This document shows, piece after piece, positions 63,554-64,000 of a DNA stretch of 64,000 nt. Position 1 is the stretch's first letter. The number at the start of each line of letters is the position of its first letter. This DNA is from Macrostomum lignano (lineage: Eukaryota). Where the stretch lies: NCBI GenBank assembly GCA_002269645.1, contig NIVC01002211.1, positions 1-64,000 on the forward strand, given 5' to 3'. Under the pieces are notes generated by a model, which was not told where the DNA came from, ran no database searches, and was given only the letters and a program-made list of their open reading frames with translations. A program made the translations under genes and the position numbers.

Positions 63554-64000
63554 TGGTTGTCGACGCTCTAATTATAAGCTGCGGCCATATTCAGTCGTGA
63601 AATGAGCAGAATTTTTTAAATTTTACCAGCAAAATGTTTATCCGCTTTATTCTAGCTTTGCTATACTATCTGCTATTTGGTTAGTTAGAATATAATTAAT
63701 GTTAATTCTAATTATCTAACTCCAACTAAAATAATTAGAACACAGCATTGACGGCTATAAATCCGTATACTATCCGCGCCTGTCCATCTGCGCCTCGGCA
63801 CAAAATCGCAGCCTCCGATGTCGCCCGGCACGCAGAGCACGACCCAGTCAAGCAACAGAACGAACAGAAACGGCGCAAGCTGAAGCACCTGAAGCACCCT
63901 CGAGGGTGTCTCAAAGAATTCCGATAGGCCGTCCGGTATTTAAACAGCAGCATTTCGTATCGCGCGGTATACATTGTCATGATGGCGGAAATCAGAGAAT

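Overview
Eukaryotic, repeat-dense animal genomic DNA. It has GC-rich exons, GT-AG introns filled with minisatellites, and a two-domain small heat-shock protein of the flatworm p40/Tsp36 type. This fits a free-living flatworm such as Macrostomum, but the organism is an inference. Genes I could reconstruct by hand: the last coding exon of a tincar-like membrane protein (+), tRNA-Cys(GCA), an intronless double alpha-crystallin sHSP (+), a 4-exon MiT/TFE (MITF/TFEB) bHLH-Zip factor (+), a 3-exon gene with a SKA2-like N-terminus (-), a divergent tandem-C2 protein (+), and a complete 3-exon Rae1 (-). There is also a Merlin/ISXO2-type transposase relic. Most long ORFs in the supplied track are artefacts of tandem repeats. 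Most notable observations: (1) a 35-bp satellite with higher-order structure and shared flanks, suggesting a mobile array-carrying unit; (2) a 21-bp array made of about 50 back-to-back CTAACAG|GTGAG acceptor/donor junctions; (3) two perfect CLEAR palindromes just downstream of the MiT/TFE gene; (4) a dispersed repeat with a compensatory-mutated hairpin; (5) MITEs with 8-bp target-site duplications; (6) CpG-free AT-rich patches rich in TAGGCCTA. No prokaryotic features or CRISPR arrays were seen. All alignments and counts were made by eye.
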